From Chitinivibrionales bacterium (GTDB taxonomy: Bacteria > Fibrobacterota > Chitinivibrionia > Chitinivibrionales > WJKA01), in assembly GCA_038247415.1 (NCBI GenBank), contig JBBRUX010000001.1:1-64000 (forward strand): a stretch of DNA of 64,000 nucleotides, read 5' to 3'. Made by a program: the position numbers and the translations under genes. How positions within the stretch are numbered: the stretch's first letter is position 1; every line of letters starts with the position of its first letter. Below the pieces are notes generated by a model that saw only the letters and a list, made by a program, of their open reading frames with translations, did not search any database and was not told the DNA's origin. This document shows, in pieces, positions 38,884 through 49,205 of this stretch.

Positions 38884-39618
38884 TTACGGATGCCCACTCA
38901 CACTAAAATAATTATCTGAATAAGCGGTAAGTTCGTTGATATTATGCGAGCCTCCTGGATAGGGCTCATATACCTTTACCATCATACTGTCGCCAATAAA
39001 CTTAACCGTTGACCCAAGGGGAGTAACAGTATCTTTTGCAGCTATTTTAAATGTCCCCAGCGCAAGCTTTGCAACCGAGTCAATCATGGTATAAGATTTA
39101 TAGCTTGTTGAATTGAGATCCCGGGGGTACTGATTCCAATACTCCTCAGAAAAAGGGACATCAAGATAGAATCTACCATTTTTAGAAAACCCAACAACCC
39201 CAGCCGACGAAACAGAGAGATCTTGGAGCCAAGCAACAGTAATAGTATCCTGCCCATAGCGGAAGCTTTCTTTTCCATTGGGAGAAAGAATTCGCATAAA
39301 CTCATGTGCTTTCAAACGGCGGTACTTTACGGACGCAGATTGAACACCTGAGGCTTTCGAAAGTGGAATCTCGGTAGTGTCATAATAAGGATGAACAATC
39401 ACAAGAACATCAGACGATGATTTTCCATCTCCAACAAAAGAATAGCTACCATCCGATTGACTCGTGGTAATTGTTGATGGTGAATTTTTAAGCCAAAGCA
39501 TTGCACCCGCCACCGGTTTATTCAGTTCATTTTTGACTATTCCAGTTAATGGAGCTTCAGGCGAATTTGGCGTGCAAAATGCAAAGAGACCTATGACCAC
39601 AACTAAAAAGCGCTTCAT
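38884..39618 (-). CDS. Hypothetical lipoprotein (carboxypeptidase-regulatory-like beta-sandwich plus Ig-like domain)
   Basis: Lipobox FAFC, G.V....KPVAGA...DGSYSF, ILSPNGKESF..G..ITVAW. Confidence 0.7.
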   Translation of the reverse strand: MKRFLVVVIGLFAFCTPNSPEAPLTGIVKNELNKPVAGAMLWLKNSPSTITTSQSDGSYSFVGDGKSSSDVLVIVHPYYDTTEIPLSKASGVQSASVKYRRLKAHEFMRILSPNGKESFRYGQDTITVAWLQDLSVSSAGVVGFSKNGRFYLDVPFSEEYWNQYPRDLNSTSYKSYTMIDSVAKLALGTFKIAAKDTVTPLGSTVKFIGDSMMVKVYEPYPGGSHNINELTAYSDNYFSVSGHP

Positions 39619-39641
39619 GTTTTACTCCAAGCTCTAAAGTT

Positions 39642-39675
39642 AAAAAAGGGTTTGAAAGCAAATGCCTTCAAACCC
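39642..39675 (-). terminator. Rho-independent terminator
   Basis: GGGTTTGAAGGCA-TT-TGCTTTCAAACCC plus T6, 31 nt after the stop at 39707. Confidence 0.85.
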
Positions 39676-39706
39676 AAACCGATACTACTTAAAATATACT
39701 TAATCT

Positions 39707-41284
39707 TTATCGAGTAGCAGGAACATTCCATTTAACAATAGATGGAACATCTGCACCAGGAATTGCAATCTTTACAAAATAAACACCCTGGCGAACTGCA
39801 GGCAACGACACAAGCATTGCCTTTGCCCCTAAAGCGCCACTATCCCATATTTTTGCACCCAATGCATTAAATACCACTACCTGATTCATTGGCGTATTGG
39901 TACGTACCACATTTTTGTCAAGTGTCAAATAGCGTCCCGCTGCTGCAATTCCTTTAATAGGGACTCTAATTGAAGTTAAGATTGTTGCAGGCTCAGTATA
40001 CCCATCGGTGCTCACCCACAACCAAGGATAGACCATGTTGGTACTATCGGTGATTGTAGTATCAATAGTTTCCATGAGGCGAAGAAGTTTGCCATTATCA
40101 AGATTTACACCATACACAAGCTGACCATTTTGAACCTGATTCCACGCAGTACCAACTTTAAAGAGCCTATTTGGCTGTGCAGAAGCAACTGCATAGAGAG
40201 GATGATTTGACCATTCTGGGTTCCACCATTCAACCTTTTCGTAAATTTCTCCGTTCCCATTGCAACCGTTTGGAGTGGGATTTGTGGTATTTTCGGTGCA
40301 TACATTCAAATCATTAGGGACTGTAATAGCACGAAGGATGTCATTAGGTTTTGCAAAGGTTTTTACGATAAGCCGCTGATGAGCACCCCAACTGCCAAAG
40401 GCTGTCTGAGCTTTTGCTGAACCCAATCCTCCTGTATACATAAGCATTGCTCCAGGAACAACACTGCTAGGCGACATAGATCCGTTGCAGGTATTTGTAG
40501 AAATGAGTGTATCTTTGCCGGCGGGAGTTTTTGCTGCATAGTTACCCAATGAAATAGCAGTATTATTAGGATTGCTAGCATCCAGGATAAAAACATTATC
40601 CCCCGGATATTGGGCCCCTAAATATTTACCATCTTTGGAATATCCCGCGTTGTAGCCACCATCCACCCACACATCCGTAGTAGCGCCAATAACAGGGGTT
40701 CCACTGCTCACATTAACCATTGTTCGCAAAGTTTTTGGCCCACCTATACCATGAGGATACTTTTGATCTACAATTGTTCCGTTGCAAAAGGAATTTGGAT
40801 AGATTACGCCGAACTGATTGTCAGAAGAGTTTTTATAATCAAATCGTGGTGAAAAGCCTGTTGAAGCTACTTGATACGGGGTCGATCCTGCAGCAAGTTT
40901 GACAAACATCACTTTTGCAACCGCAGGTGAAGGGCACAGTTCATTTTCTTGCGCATCGCCCAAACCATCACGGTATACAACCCAATTCCCATCAGGTGCA
41001 ATAACCGGCAAAGCTACATCGCCGGTATTATTGATAAGCTTTTTAATAGTTGGCGAAGTTTCCGAGAAATCGACATAATAGATTGTATTCACATTATTGG
41101 TTTTTTGCACATACACCAACTTAACCTTATTGGTACCAAAAAATTCTTGCACAGAAGCAGGTGTTGCCGCAATTCGAGGACTTATTCCCGCATACGATGT
41201 TGCAAGTAGTCCCATTGCTAGCCCAGCAGAGCACATAATCTCAAATAAACGTTTTCTTTTATTCTTACCGGTTGCGTTGCTCAT
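39707..41284 (-). CDS. Secreted beta-propeller-like (TolB-like) protein with T9SS/Fibrobacter-type C-terminal domain
   Basis: Signal peptide, PVIAPDGNWVVY, PEWSNHP and YPWLWV repeats. C-terminal VVFNALGAKIW...GVYFVKI. Confidence 0.65.
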   Translation of the reverse strand: MSNATGKNKRKRLFEIMCSAGLAMGLLATSYAGISPRIAATPASVQEFFGTNKVKLVYVQKTNNVNTIYYVDFSETSPTIKKLINNTGDVALPVIAPDGNWVVYRDGLGDAQENELCPSPAVAKVMFVKLAAGSTPYQVASTGFSPRFDYKNSSDNQFGVIYPNSFCNGTIVDQKYPHGIGGPKTLRTMVNVSSGTPVIGATTDVWVDGGYNAGYSKDGKYLGAQYPGDNVFILDASNPNNTAISLGNYAAKTPAGKDTLISTNTCNGSMSPSSVVPGAMLMYTGGLGSAKAQTAFGSWGAHQRLIVKTFAKPNDILRAITVPNDLNVCTENTTNPTPNGCNGNGEIYEKVEWWNPEWSNHPLYAVASAQPNRLFKVGTAWNQVQNGQLVYGVNLDNGKLLRLMETIDTTITDSTNMVYPWLWVSTDGYTEPATILTSIRVPIKGIAAAGRYLTLDKNVVRTNTPMNQVVVFNALGAKIWDSGALGAKAMLVSLPAVRQGVYFVKIAIPGADVPSIVKWNVPATR

Positions 41285-41583
41285 AAATACCCCTATTTAA
41301 AATGAAAGATACTGTTCGAATTAAAAATTCTCATTTAAAAACTGAAGATGCTATAGTAATTCTTCTACATAAGTCCTCGTCTAAATATACTCGATTTTCC
41401 TTTTAAAAACCACGAATTCCTTTAGGATATTGTTTTGTATATAAATTGTTAGCCCCCTTCTCAAACGTGGCCTTATTTTATTCGTCTAGTTATATAATAC
41501 CTCAAATTAAGCTCTCCTGCCATGACCAAAGATACAAAGTGTTGCGGGTTTGGCAACAGGGCTAGAAATTCTTTCATCATCAC

Positions 41584-41620
41584 AAAAAAAAGGGGTTTGA
41601 AAGCATCTGCCTTTAAACCC
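41584..41620 (-). terminator. Rho-independent terminator, near-copy of 39642-39675
   Basis: GGGTTTAAAGGCA-GA-TGCTTTCAAACCC plus C and a T-tract. Confidence 0.7.
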
Positions 41621-41651
41621 TATCAGACACTATTTCCGAATCATGCTTACT

Positions 41652-41760
41652 TTACCGAGCAACAAGAATATTCCATTTAACAATTGACCATCTTCGCGCC
41701 ACAGGCCTGCAGTTAGAACCCATTTGCTATCGCAACAGCGATAGATCCCCAGCACATTCA
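41652..41760 (-). pseudogene. 3'-end remnant of a paralog of 39707-41284
   Basis: Encodes SIVKWNILVAR* versus SIVKWNVPATR*. Same 31-nt spacing to the duplicated terminator. Confidence 0.7.
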
Positions 41761-41837
41761 CCTTTTTTTGAGCGCATTGCAAAAAGTAACGTATTTTAAT
41801 CCCTTTCAATCCAACTCAAAAAAGAAATACCCTCGTT

Positions 41838-43379
41838 ATGAATACCGACCCAACTCAGGTTTCCGACCTACAATCAGCTCTGTTGCTGCTTGACTCCCTT
41901 ATAACAGATCCGAAAAAGCTCGCCTCCTTAGACGAAAACACACGAGCCCATATCCTTCGGGTTGCTGGGCAGCTTACAAATCCTACACCCGAAGACCGAA
42001 AAAAAAGGCAGCAAGCACGAGCAGAAACGAAAAAAGAAAAGATTGCTGCTCGCGACCGTAGGCTGCGTGCAGAGACTGGTATTCGTAAAGCGCGCCAGAA
42101 TGTTGTATTCTTTGCGCCTGCGCAGCTTCTCTGCGCCCCGGCACATGAGACACCTTCGACCGCCCCAGAACTTGAATCGCCACGAAATTGTTATATCTGT
42201 AAAGCATCGTATACCCGGCTTCATCATTTTTATGATGCTCTGTGCCCAGCGTGCGCGCAGCTTAATTACGATAAACGATTTCAATGTGCAGACCTCACGG
42301 GTGCGGTAGCGATCATTACCGGTTCCCGTCTTAAAATCGGGTATCAGGCCACCCTCATGATGTTGCGTGCCGGAGCAACGGTTATTGCAACCACGCGATT
42401 TCCTCACGATTCAGCTATTCGCTTTAGTAAAGAATTAGATTTCCCTACATTTAAAGATAGACTTAAAATTTTTGGCCTAGACCTTCGCCATACCCCCAGC
42501 GTAGAACTCTTTTGCGCCTATTGCGAACAAACACTGCCACGCCTTGATATACTTATAAATAACGCAGCACAAACAGTTCGACGCCCTCCGAATTTTTATG
42601 CCCACCTAATGGATATTGAACGACGATCCCTTAAGAATCTTGACACGAATGCAGCGTCACTTTTGGCAGACTTTTCATCGTGCAAAGCTGCCATTTCTAA
42701 AAGTGCTGCCTTAACCCATATCGACACTGCTTCTTTGCCGGTTCAATGGAACGGAGAAGTTCCTGGAATTGGTATCATGTCGTCTGCAGAACTTTCTCAA
42801 ATTCCTTATACAACCGATAAAACACTTCCAGCCGCAGAAATCTTTCCCCACGGCGCACTCGATGCCGATTTACAGCAGATAGATTTGCGCACAACTAATA
42901 GCTGGAGACTCACTCTTGGTGAAATAGCAACCTCCGAAATGGTAGAGCTTCAGCTGGTCAATGCCATTGCCCCTTTTGTGCTGTGCAATCGGCTTATCAA
43001 TATCATGAAGCGCGACACCACAGGCCTTAAGCACGTTGTCAATGTTTCGGCAATGGAGGGAAAATTTCTCAGATTCTCTAAGGGGTCACGGCATCCTCAC
43101 ACCAACATGGCCAAAGCAGCCCTGAATATGCTTACCCATACAGCAGCCGAAGATCTTGCTCTCTTGGGAATTTTTATGAACGCCGTTGATACCGGCTGGG
43201 TTACCGACGAAGACCCAGCAAAGCTTGCACAAGAAAGACAAACCCGCCACGACTTTCAGCCACCCTTAGATATTGTGGATGGTGCAGCACGCATTTGCGA
43301 TCCGTTTTTTTATGGGATTAATTCTGGGCACCACTGGAGCGGTAAGTTTCTTAAGGATTATATGCCAATTGACTGGTAA
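41838..43379 (+). CDS. SDR family oxidoreductase with N-terminal Cys (Zn-finger-like) region
   Basis: CYICK...[49 protein letters not shown]. Confidence 0.9.
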   Translation: MNTDPTQVSDLQSALLLLDSLITDPKKLASLDENTRAHILRVAGQLTNPTPEDRKKRQQARAETKKEKIAARDRRLRAETGIRKARQNVVFFAPAQLLCAPAHETPSTAPELESPRNCYICKASYTRLHHFYDALCPACAQLNYDKRFQCADLTGAVAIITGSRLKIGYQATLMMLRAGATVIATTRFPHDSAIRFSKELDFPTFKDRLKIFGLDLRHTPSVELFCAYCEQTLPRLDILINNAAQTVRRPPNFYAHLMDIERRSLKNLDTNAASLLADFSSCKAAISKSAALTHIDTASLPVQWNGEVPGIGIMSSAELSQIPYTTDKTLPAAEIFPHGALDADLQQIDLRTTNSWRLTLGEIATSEMVELQLVNAIAPFVLCNRLINIMKRDTTGLKHVVNVSAMEGKFLRFSKGSRHPHTNMAKAALNMLTHTAAEDLALLGIFMNAVDTGWVTDEDPAKLAQERQTRHDFQPPLDIVDGAARICDPFFYGINSGHHWSGKFLKDYMPIDW

Positions 43380-43446
43380 AAGGGGGCGGTTTCTGGTATT
43401 ATTGATTTACCAGTAGTTAATAAAGCGATGCTTTTTGAAATCTACG

Positions 43447-43788
43447 CTACGTTTTTTTTGGCGGCCGATTCTTGATCATGTCCACGAGATGCACTACCGA
43501 TAGTATCGGGTGGCTAAACAGCATATACGGCCCACCTGCCCGCATCACTTTTTTTACCAGTGCTTTCATGTCCGGACTATAGCATTTAATAGTACAGTGA
43601 GAGCAAGCCGGCTTTTTTATACCATAGGGACACAGTTGTATGCGTTGCGAAGCGTAAGCAAGAAGATCGTTGCAGGTGGCATCGATCCCAGCCTCGTTAC
43701 GGTGCTTGTGCCGATAATGCTCAACCATAGAGGCGATCGTTCTATAATGACGGTTTTGCCCTGGCAATCTTGATTTCTTATCTGACAA
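43447..43788 (-). CDS. YgbA / nitrous-oxide-stimulated-promoter family Cys-rich protein
   Basis: C.DLLAYA..R...CPYG..KPACSHC...CY.P......VMR.GP.M...HP. TTG start overlapping the upstream stop. Confidence 0.8.
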   Translation of the reverse strand: MSDKKSRLPGQNRHYRTIASMVEHYRHKHRNEAGIDATCNDLLAYASQRIQLCPYGIKKPACSHCTIKCYSPDMKALVKKVMRAGGPYMLFSHPILSVVHLVDMIKNRPPKKT

Positions 43789-46700
43789 TGAGAATCTTTC
43801 CTTTAATAAGCAGTGTATTGTTTTCGTCGAGGATACAGTAAAAATACGGTCCTGCGACCACGGGCACACCATTTTGATTTGTTGCACCCCACTTCCACTG
43901 TGGTAGTGTATTAGGATCGCCTGCCACCACGGGAATAACAACACCTGCTTTTTTAGAATCAAAGACCGGATTTCCCAAAAGTGAAAATATACAAATGCTA
44001 ACATTTTTAAGAGGCTCTGGTTTAAGCGCATGTAAATTTTTAAACCAAATTCCACACGGCGCACCAAATGCCCCACAATGCGCGGAATTTATTCCTGGCT
44101 TGTAAGGATTGGGAAAGGTATAAAACCCTACGTTTGCACTACAAAAAAACCACGATGACGCACTCGTTGCCATAGCTCCACTATCGGGCAGTTGCCAATC
44201 CAGCGATGTATATGAATACTGTGTAACGAACCCATGAAACACGCATGAAATGCTATCTTGCGCAAAGAAACCAGAATCAGCTTTACAAACAATTCCCATT
44301 GAATCGGAGCTTATACGTATATATTCAAAAGTATGCGGAAATGGCCGATACCGCGAAGTTACGGTAAATGATCTATTACTAGATGCGCGCGATGTGTCGA
44401 AGGTATGGGCAAAAAGCTTATCGCTAAAACGCAGGGAAATTTCTGGACGTACCAAAGAACTATTTCCAGATTTTACAGGTATGGTTGTTGTAATCGACAG
44501 CGGTGTAACCGTATAGCGCCATGTCAAAGGTTGCGGCAAAGAAAGGGCCGTATCTGAAGGAAATGATGTAAAGAACCTGACTGTATCAGGAATTTTAAGA
44601 GCACTCAGAGAACAGGTTATAGTGTCGGGCCCATAGTAACGAAGTGTTGGATACCATTCTGCTGTTGCCCCGCGTATCACTATGCGAGAAAAATCCTGTG
44701 GGCTTGGGCCAAAAAATTTTGAGGTAACCTGCATGCTCCGATTATTATGCAAGGATGTATCGATAACGCCGTTTTGCACAAGTGTAGAAAAGGTAATCCG
44801 TTGTGGAGCCGATGCAGGCGACGACCCATTCGGCTGCGGTTCAAACGATGTGACCTGAAGATCAGCAATTGAAAAGCGCCAAACGATATCATCTGAAGTT
44901 GACAAGGAATCAAACAATGCAGAGGGAATGCCATCTCCGGAATAATCTATAGGATAGCCCAGTGAATCTCTCCCAGTTTTACTTTTGTAAACACACGTTA
45001 CAGAATCTCCATAATAAAACGCAGCAGCCGGATAGAACCATACTGCATTGCCCAGAATGCGAACCGAATCAAACGAAAGAATTTTTGTTGTACCAAACCG
45101 AGTCGTTACGCGTAGGCTTTTATTATTGCTTTTATTAGTATCGATACTCGATTTACTGAGCGGAGCATTAAATTGGAGCATGATTGTCTGTTTTCCGCAA
45201 GGCATTTTGGATTGATTTGAAGGATTTACCGATGTGACAGTAAATGTTACGCTGTCAACCCGCAACATAAGCGTCGTATCCCCGCTTTGAACCACGGCAA
45301 ACGTCCTGTGCAGATCGAACCTGTTGGGGCCTAAAGAAGCACTGTACGCTCGATCGGTCATGCCACTGCCTAAATGCAAAGAGATCGAGTCGGTTGGTAT
45401 AAAAAATCCTACTGAGGGAAATAAGCCATTGAGTCCTCTATTGGGGGCCGAATATCTAGGGGATAGCTCGCATACCGAATAATTGACAGACCAAGAAAAA
45501 GAAAACTCGATTGGCGTAATGCTATTTCCGGCGATAGAATCGAAAATCGAATAGCACGAAACATTTGCAGCCACCGATGCAGAATCCATTGGTTCTGAAA
45601 ATGTCAATACGATTTTAGAATAAGGAGGAAACACACTATGTGTGAGTGTGTTTGCACCTGTTTTGCGTAGAGCAAAAGGAATAGGTGCCCTCGCCGTTGC
45701 ACCAACGCGTGCAATACGGGGAAGATCATTATACTCCAATAAAATTGGAACGGTATCTACTGGATGGAACGGATCGGACGTGTAGACAAAAAGAGTATCT
45801 CGAATATATCCATCTCCATGAAGCAGATCGGCATTTAAAATCACTAAGAACACTCCTGTATCTGCTTTTGCCAGAACAATGCTATCCCGATAGCTGTTTT
45901 TAGAAAGGGAGTCAAACATGATATATTCGCTTCCTGATAAAGCAGGCACCCCAATCTGTATCCATCCTCGTTTAGGGTGAGCTAACGCCAACGAAGTTAT
46001 GGTGAGCGAATCGTTTCCAGTATTAACATAAGGAAGCACGATTGTATCGTATTTGTTACTCCCAACAATAAGCGACACTCCCGATTGCAGCACTTTTTTC
46101 GCCCTAACAAGCCCGGGGTTATTAAGCGAATCGAGCTCTACCCAGGGCCACTTGAAGAAAACTGTAATCGAATCCTGTGCATGATATTTGTCCCAAACTA
46201 CTATATTTACAAAAGAATCTGCCCTCGAAAAATTGAGATGATACGATGCGCTGTCGGAAGTTGCAGACCCACCGGGCGTCGTAAAACGGTATGTCATTGA
46301 ATCGAGTCCGTACCAGAGGTCACTATCATTGACCGTTGCAATAAACCGATAATCGGTACCCACTGCCATTCGTAGAGTATCCCCATCGTATGCGGTTTGT
46401 CCGCTTATGCTTACACTCGTAAGAGTTGGGACATGATTAACACCAAGCGAAAATGATAACTGTGCCGAATCATCGGGATCGACGGCTTCTACTTTTATAG
46501 GAACAACGCCAAATGCACTTTGACTAGTACCTCTATATACATAGCGGGACGTTTGTCCTATCCCAACCGAATCTACACGAATCGAATTGACATACAAATA
46601 TGCCTTTTGCCCCGCGTCATTGGAATCACTCACCGAATAGGTAATTGCTAATGAATCGCCTACCTGAATAGTAAAGCGTTCGCTGCCCGAAAGCGGAACC

Positions 46701-48724
46701 GTTACCTCCACACCACTTCGATTTGTATCAACCTTTACAGAAGCATTAATTGCCGGAGCGCTATTTCGTGTTATAAAATGTAAGGTTTTTTCGACTGCAT
46801 CCCATCCCCGGGTATCGGTAAGCGAAAGTTTTGACGCATACAGCGTGTCTTTTGTATCAAAAGGCGCAAAGGAAAGCATTGCATGTTGCGATGCCGCAGT
46901 AGCAGTTGCTTGTGCAGTTTTTGGAATATACACAAGGCCGGTAAGCGTTACAGCATCATTAGTATCTGCATCGTGAAACCCAATAAACATGGTAATGCTA
47001 TCTTTACGGGCAAAGAGTTTAATGGTATCGCCAAAGCTTATTGTTCGCTTTACAGATCCATCATAGATAAGCGAATCGATAGATTCTAAAAAGGGTTTTG
47101 CATTCCATCGAATGGTTACTGCTTGCGCAACCGGAGAAAAAAGGGAATCCCTGGTATTTCTGGATAAAGCAACTTTATAGCGATAATACATGCTCGACGT
47201 TTTTCCAGACGTAGCTAAAACCATCGAATCTGCAGCATTAACCCAAGGCCCCCACGCAGCAGTATTAAGAATATTTGAGCTGCTTCCTATTTGGATTGAA
47301 TCACTAATGTTTCCAAATCCACCATTGCCGCTTTGTATAAGAGTTGGCAAATAGCCTATCGAATCTCCCGATGCAAAAGGGAGTGAGTCTACCTTAGATT
47401 CAAAAAAGCCAAGTGGCTCCAAAATTCCCCTTTTTGCATAAATTGCAGCCCATGCAGAGCTACTGCCTTGCCATGTAGCTGCAATATCACCGGTAGAATC
47501 GATAGCAAGCGAAACATCCGCCTTAAATCGTTCTGTAATGGTAAGTGCTCGAGACGGATCGGAAAAAGACAGAGTTAGATCTGGGGTCGTTTGCACTTCA
47601 CCATTTAAAACCACAAACCGCCACACTGCAATTTCACGTTTGTTATCTTTATTGAGATCCGCTTTCGATCCAACGATAACATAACTGCCGTTTGTAGCAA
47701 TAGATGCAAAATGGAGCGAATCTCCAACATGTACTGGAATGCGACTGGGCACAAGCGAGATACCATTCCAAGAAAAAACGTACATGAGCAAAGAATCGGC
47801 CCGCCATGTTGCTGCTGCAAATCGATTAGGCGCAAAGCAAACGACCGGGGCATCTTCGGTATAAAAATCAAAGAGGGTCTCATTGACTCCGTTGCGCACG
47901 AGTCCGCTATCAAGCATCTGGCAATTTGATCGCATGAATTTGAATTCAAGTTGTTTACTCAGCACTCCGGAAATCGAAACTTTTCTGGTATACAAAGCAA
48001 GCATTGTATGATTTACAGAATCGAATGCCAGCGACGGATTCATGAATGCTTCGCTTCGAGGTGGTGCAATGATTCCCGTTGCAATAGTATCCAGGCTTTT
48101 TTGAACAAGGCTTCGCTTAGCAGCCAGATACTTTCGAGTAACAAGTTTTAAGTTATCGATTTTTTGGATAACGATAAAAGTATCGTTTCCCGCATATGCA
48201 AGAGACCCCAGTGGGGTGGTATTCTTGGAAACTGTAAGACTTGTTGAATCAGTCATAGCGACGAGGGAATCAAACCCCCCCGTAACAATTGTTGCTAAAA
48301 AGGTAGATCTTCCCATGGCAGCCCTTAGATACGAAGAAATCGTATCTATATTTGAATAGAGCTTTTGAGAAGCCCCTTGTGTAAAGCTTGTTTGCGTGAG
48401 GGAGATATTTCTTCGAAACACATTTTCTTGTGCTCCCCCAAAGGCTGTCGAGCTGGTTTCTGCCCAAAAAAAGCCAAATGTTGTTGGGTTAACCGGCATT
48501 ACCCACGACGATCGCGAATGTACTTTGGTTGGGCTTATGAGTGAATCGCCATAGTAACGTGTAAGGATCGTATCGCGGGGAGCCAAAATAAGACTATCTG
48601 AATAGCGCACATGCAGTGAAGTTTGAGGCTGATTAAAATCTGGATATATCTTACTGCCTGCCAAGCCCACGCTACACAGGCAAACTATCTCAAGTAAACT
48701 TAGTGTATACCTAAGCCTGTGCAC
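43778..48724 (-). CDS. Large (about 1650 aa) secreted surface protein with cadherin/Ig-like and Big_5-like repeats and a FlgD-Ig/T9SS-like C-terminal domain
   Basis: Signal-like N-terminus, DxDxND and VDPDD motifs, LTFSEPMD and three IDT..NN.S..VTSR/KF-type repeats, terminal FYTFPNPYKP...WGATNQNG..V.AGPYFY. GTG start overlaps fliJ. Confidence 0.75.
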   Translation of the reverse strand: MHRLRYTLSLLEIVCLCSVGLAGSKIYPDFNQPQTSLHVRYSDSLILAPRDTILTRYYGDSLISPTKVHSRSSWVMPVNPTTFGFFWAETSSTAFGGAQENVFRRNISLTQTSFTQGASQKLYSNIDTISSYLRAAMGRSTFLATIVTGGFDSLVAMTDSTSLTVSKNTTPLGSLAYAGNDTFIVIQKIDNLKLVTRKYLAAKRSLVQKSLDTIATGIIAPPRSEAFMNPSLAFDSVNHTMLALYTRKVSISGVLSKQLEFKFMRSNCQMLDSGLVRNGVNETLFDFYTEDAPVVCFAPNRFAAATWRADSLLMYVFSWNGISLVPSRIPVHVGDSLHFASIATNGSYVIVGSKADLNKDNKREIAVWRFVVLNGEVQTTPDLTLSFSDPSRALTITERFKADVSLAIDSTGDIAATWQGSSSAWAAIYAKRGILEPLGFFESKVDSLPFASGDSIGYLPTLIQSGNGGFGNISDSIQIGSSSNILNTAAWGPWVNAADSMVLATSGKTSSMYYRYKVALSRNTRDSLFSPVAQAVTIRWNAKPFLESIDSLIYDGSVKRTISFGDTIKLFARKDSITMFIGFHDADTNDAVTLTGLVYIPKTAQATATAASQHAMLSFAPFDTKDTLYASKLSLTDTRGWDAVEKTLHFITRNSAPAINASVKVDTNRSGVEVTVPLSGSERFTIQVGDSLAITYSVSDSNDAGQKAYLYVNSIRVDSVGIGQTSRYVYRGTSQSAFGVVPIKVEAVDPDDSAQLSFSLGVNHVPTLTSVSISGQTAYDGDTLRMAVGTDYRFIATVNDSDLWYGLDSMTYRFTTPGGSATSDSASYHLNFSRADSFVNIVVWDKYHAQDSITVFFKWPWVELDSLNNPGLVRAKKVLQSGVSLIVGSNKYDTIVLPYVNTGNDSLTITSLALAHPKRGWIQIGVPALSGSEYIMFDSLSKNSYRDSIVLAKADTGVFLVILNADLLHGDGYIRDTLFVYTSDPFHPVDTVPILLEYNDLPRIARVGATARAPIPFALRKTGANTLTHSVFPPYSKIVLTFSEPMDSASVAANVSCYSIFDSIAGNSITPIEFSFSWSVNYSVCELSPRYSAPNRGLNGLFPSVGFFIPTDSISLHLGSGMTDRAYSASLGPNRFDLHRTFAVVQSGDTTLMLRVDSVTFTVTSVNPSNQSKMPCGKQTIMLQFNAPLSKSSIDTNKSNNKSLRVTTRFGTTKILSFDSVRILGNAVWFYPAAAFYYGDSVTCVYKSKTGRDSLGYPIDYSGDGIPSALFDSLSTSDDIVWRFSIADLQVTSFEPQPNGSSPASAPQRITFSTLVQNGVIDTSLHNNRSMQVTSKFFGPSPQDFSRIVIRGATAEWYPTLRYYGPDTITCSLSALKIPDTVRFFTSFPSDTALSLPQPLTWRYTVTPLSITTTIPVKSGNSSLVRPEISLRFSDKLFAHTFDTSRASSNRSFTVTSRYRPFPHTFEYIRISSDSMGIVCKADSGFFAQDSISCVFHGFVTQYSYTSLDWQLPDSGAMATSASSWFFCSANVGFYTFPNPYKPGINSAHCGAFGAPCGIWFKNLHALKPEPLKNVSICIFSLLGNPVFDSKKAGVVIPVVAGDPNTLPQWKWGATNQNGVPVVAGPYFYCILDENNTLLIKGKILIVR

Positions 48725-49169
48725 GTGCCTGCCCTCGAATAAAGCCCTGTTGTGCAACTTCATCCATAAACCGCTGAGCAAAACGTCCCTGCTCTTTTTT
48801 CCATGCTCCTTGCCGATGTTCTTTAAGCAATTCTACAGCGCGTGTTTTTTGTCGAGCTTTAACCAGACGCATGCGTATCTGTTCCGACTCTGCAGATAAG
48901 TCATCGATCCGTCTCGCACTAAAGAGCATTTGAGCTTTTAAGGAATGGCGATAGGCAACACCTTGCAAGAGAAGTCCAACAGACAACGCCTTCTGTCGCG
49001 CATTTTTTTCCGAAACTTGCAGTTGTTTTAATTCGTCGTGAAGACAGCGCAAGGCATCTTGGGCAAGAGCAATTTCTTTATTCTTGTGCGCAAGCTCCTC
49101 CTTGATTGCATCTTCTACCCGTTGACGCAACGTAAGCAATGTTTCGAGCGAAAAATGGAAACGTTTCAT
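48711..49169 (-). CDS. fliJ: Flagellar export chaperone FliJ
   Basis: MKRFHFSLETLL.LR, coiled coil, Q..MDE. Follows fliI. Confidence 0.9.
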   Translation of the reverse strand: MKRFHFSLETLLTLRQRVEDAIKEELAHKNKEIALAQDALRCLHDELKQLQVSEKNARQKALSVGLLLQGVAYRHSLKAQMLFSARRIDDLSAESEQIRMRLVKARQKTRAVELLKEHRQGAWKKEQGRFAQRFMDEVAQQGFIRGQARAQA

Positions 49170-49205
49170 AATGTTTTATGCTCTTTATAAAATGTTCGGA
49201 GATTC

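Noticed and set aside
43789..44076. N-terminal extension of the 209-aa YgbA-like ORF
   Set aside because: It overlaps the large surface-protein gene in another frame. The family match begins only after the TTG at 43788.
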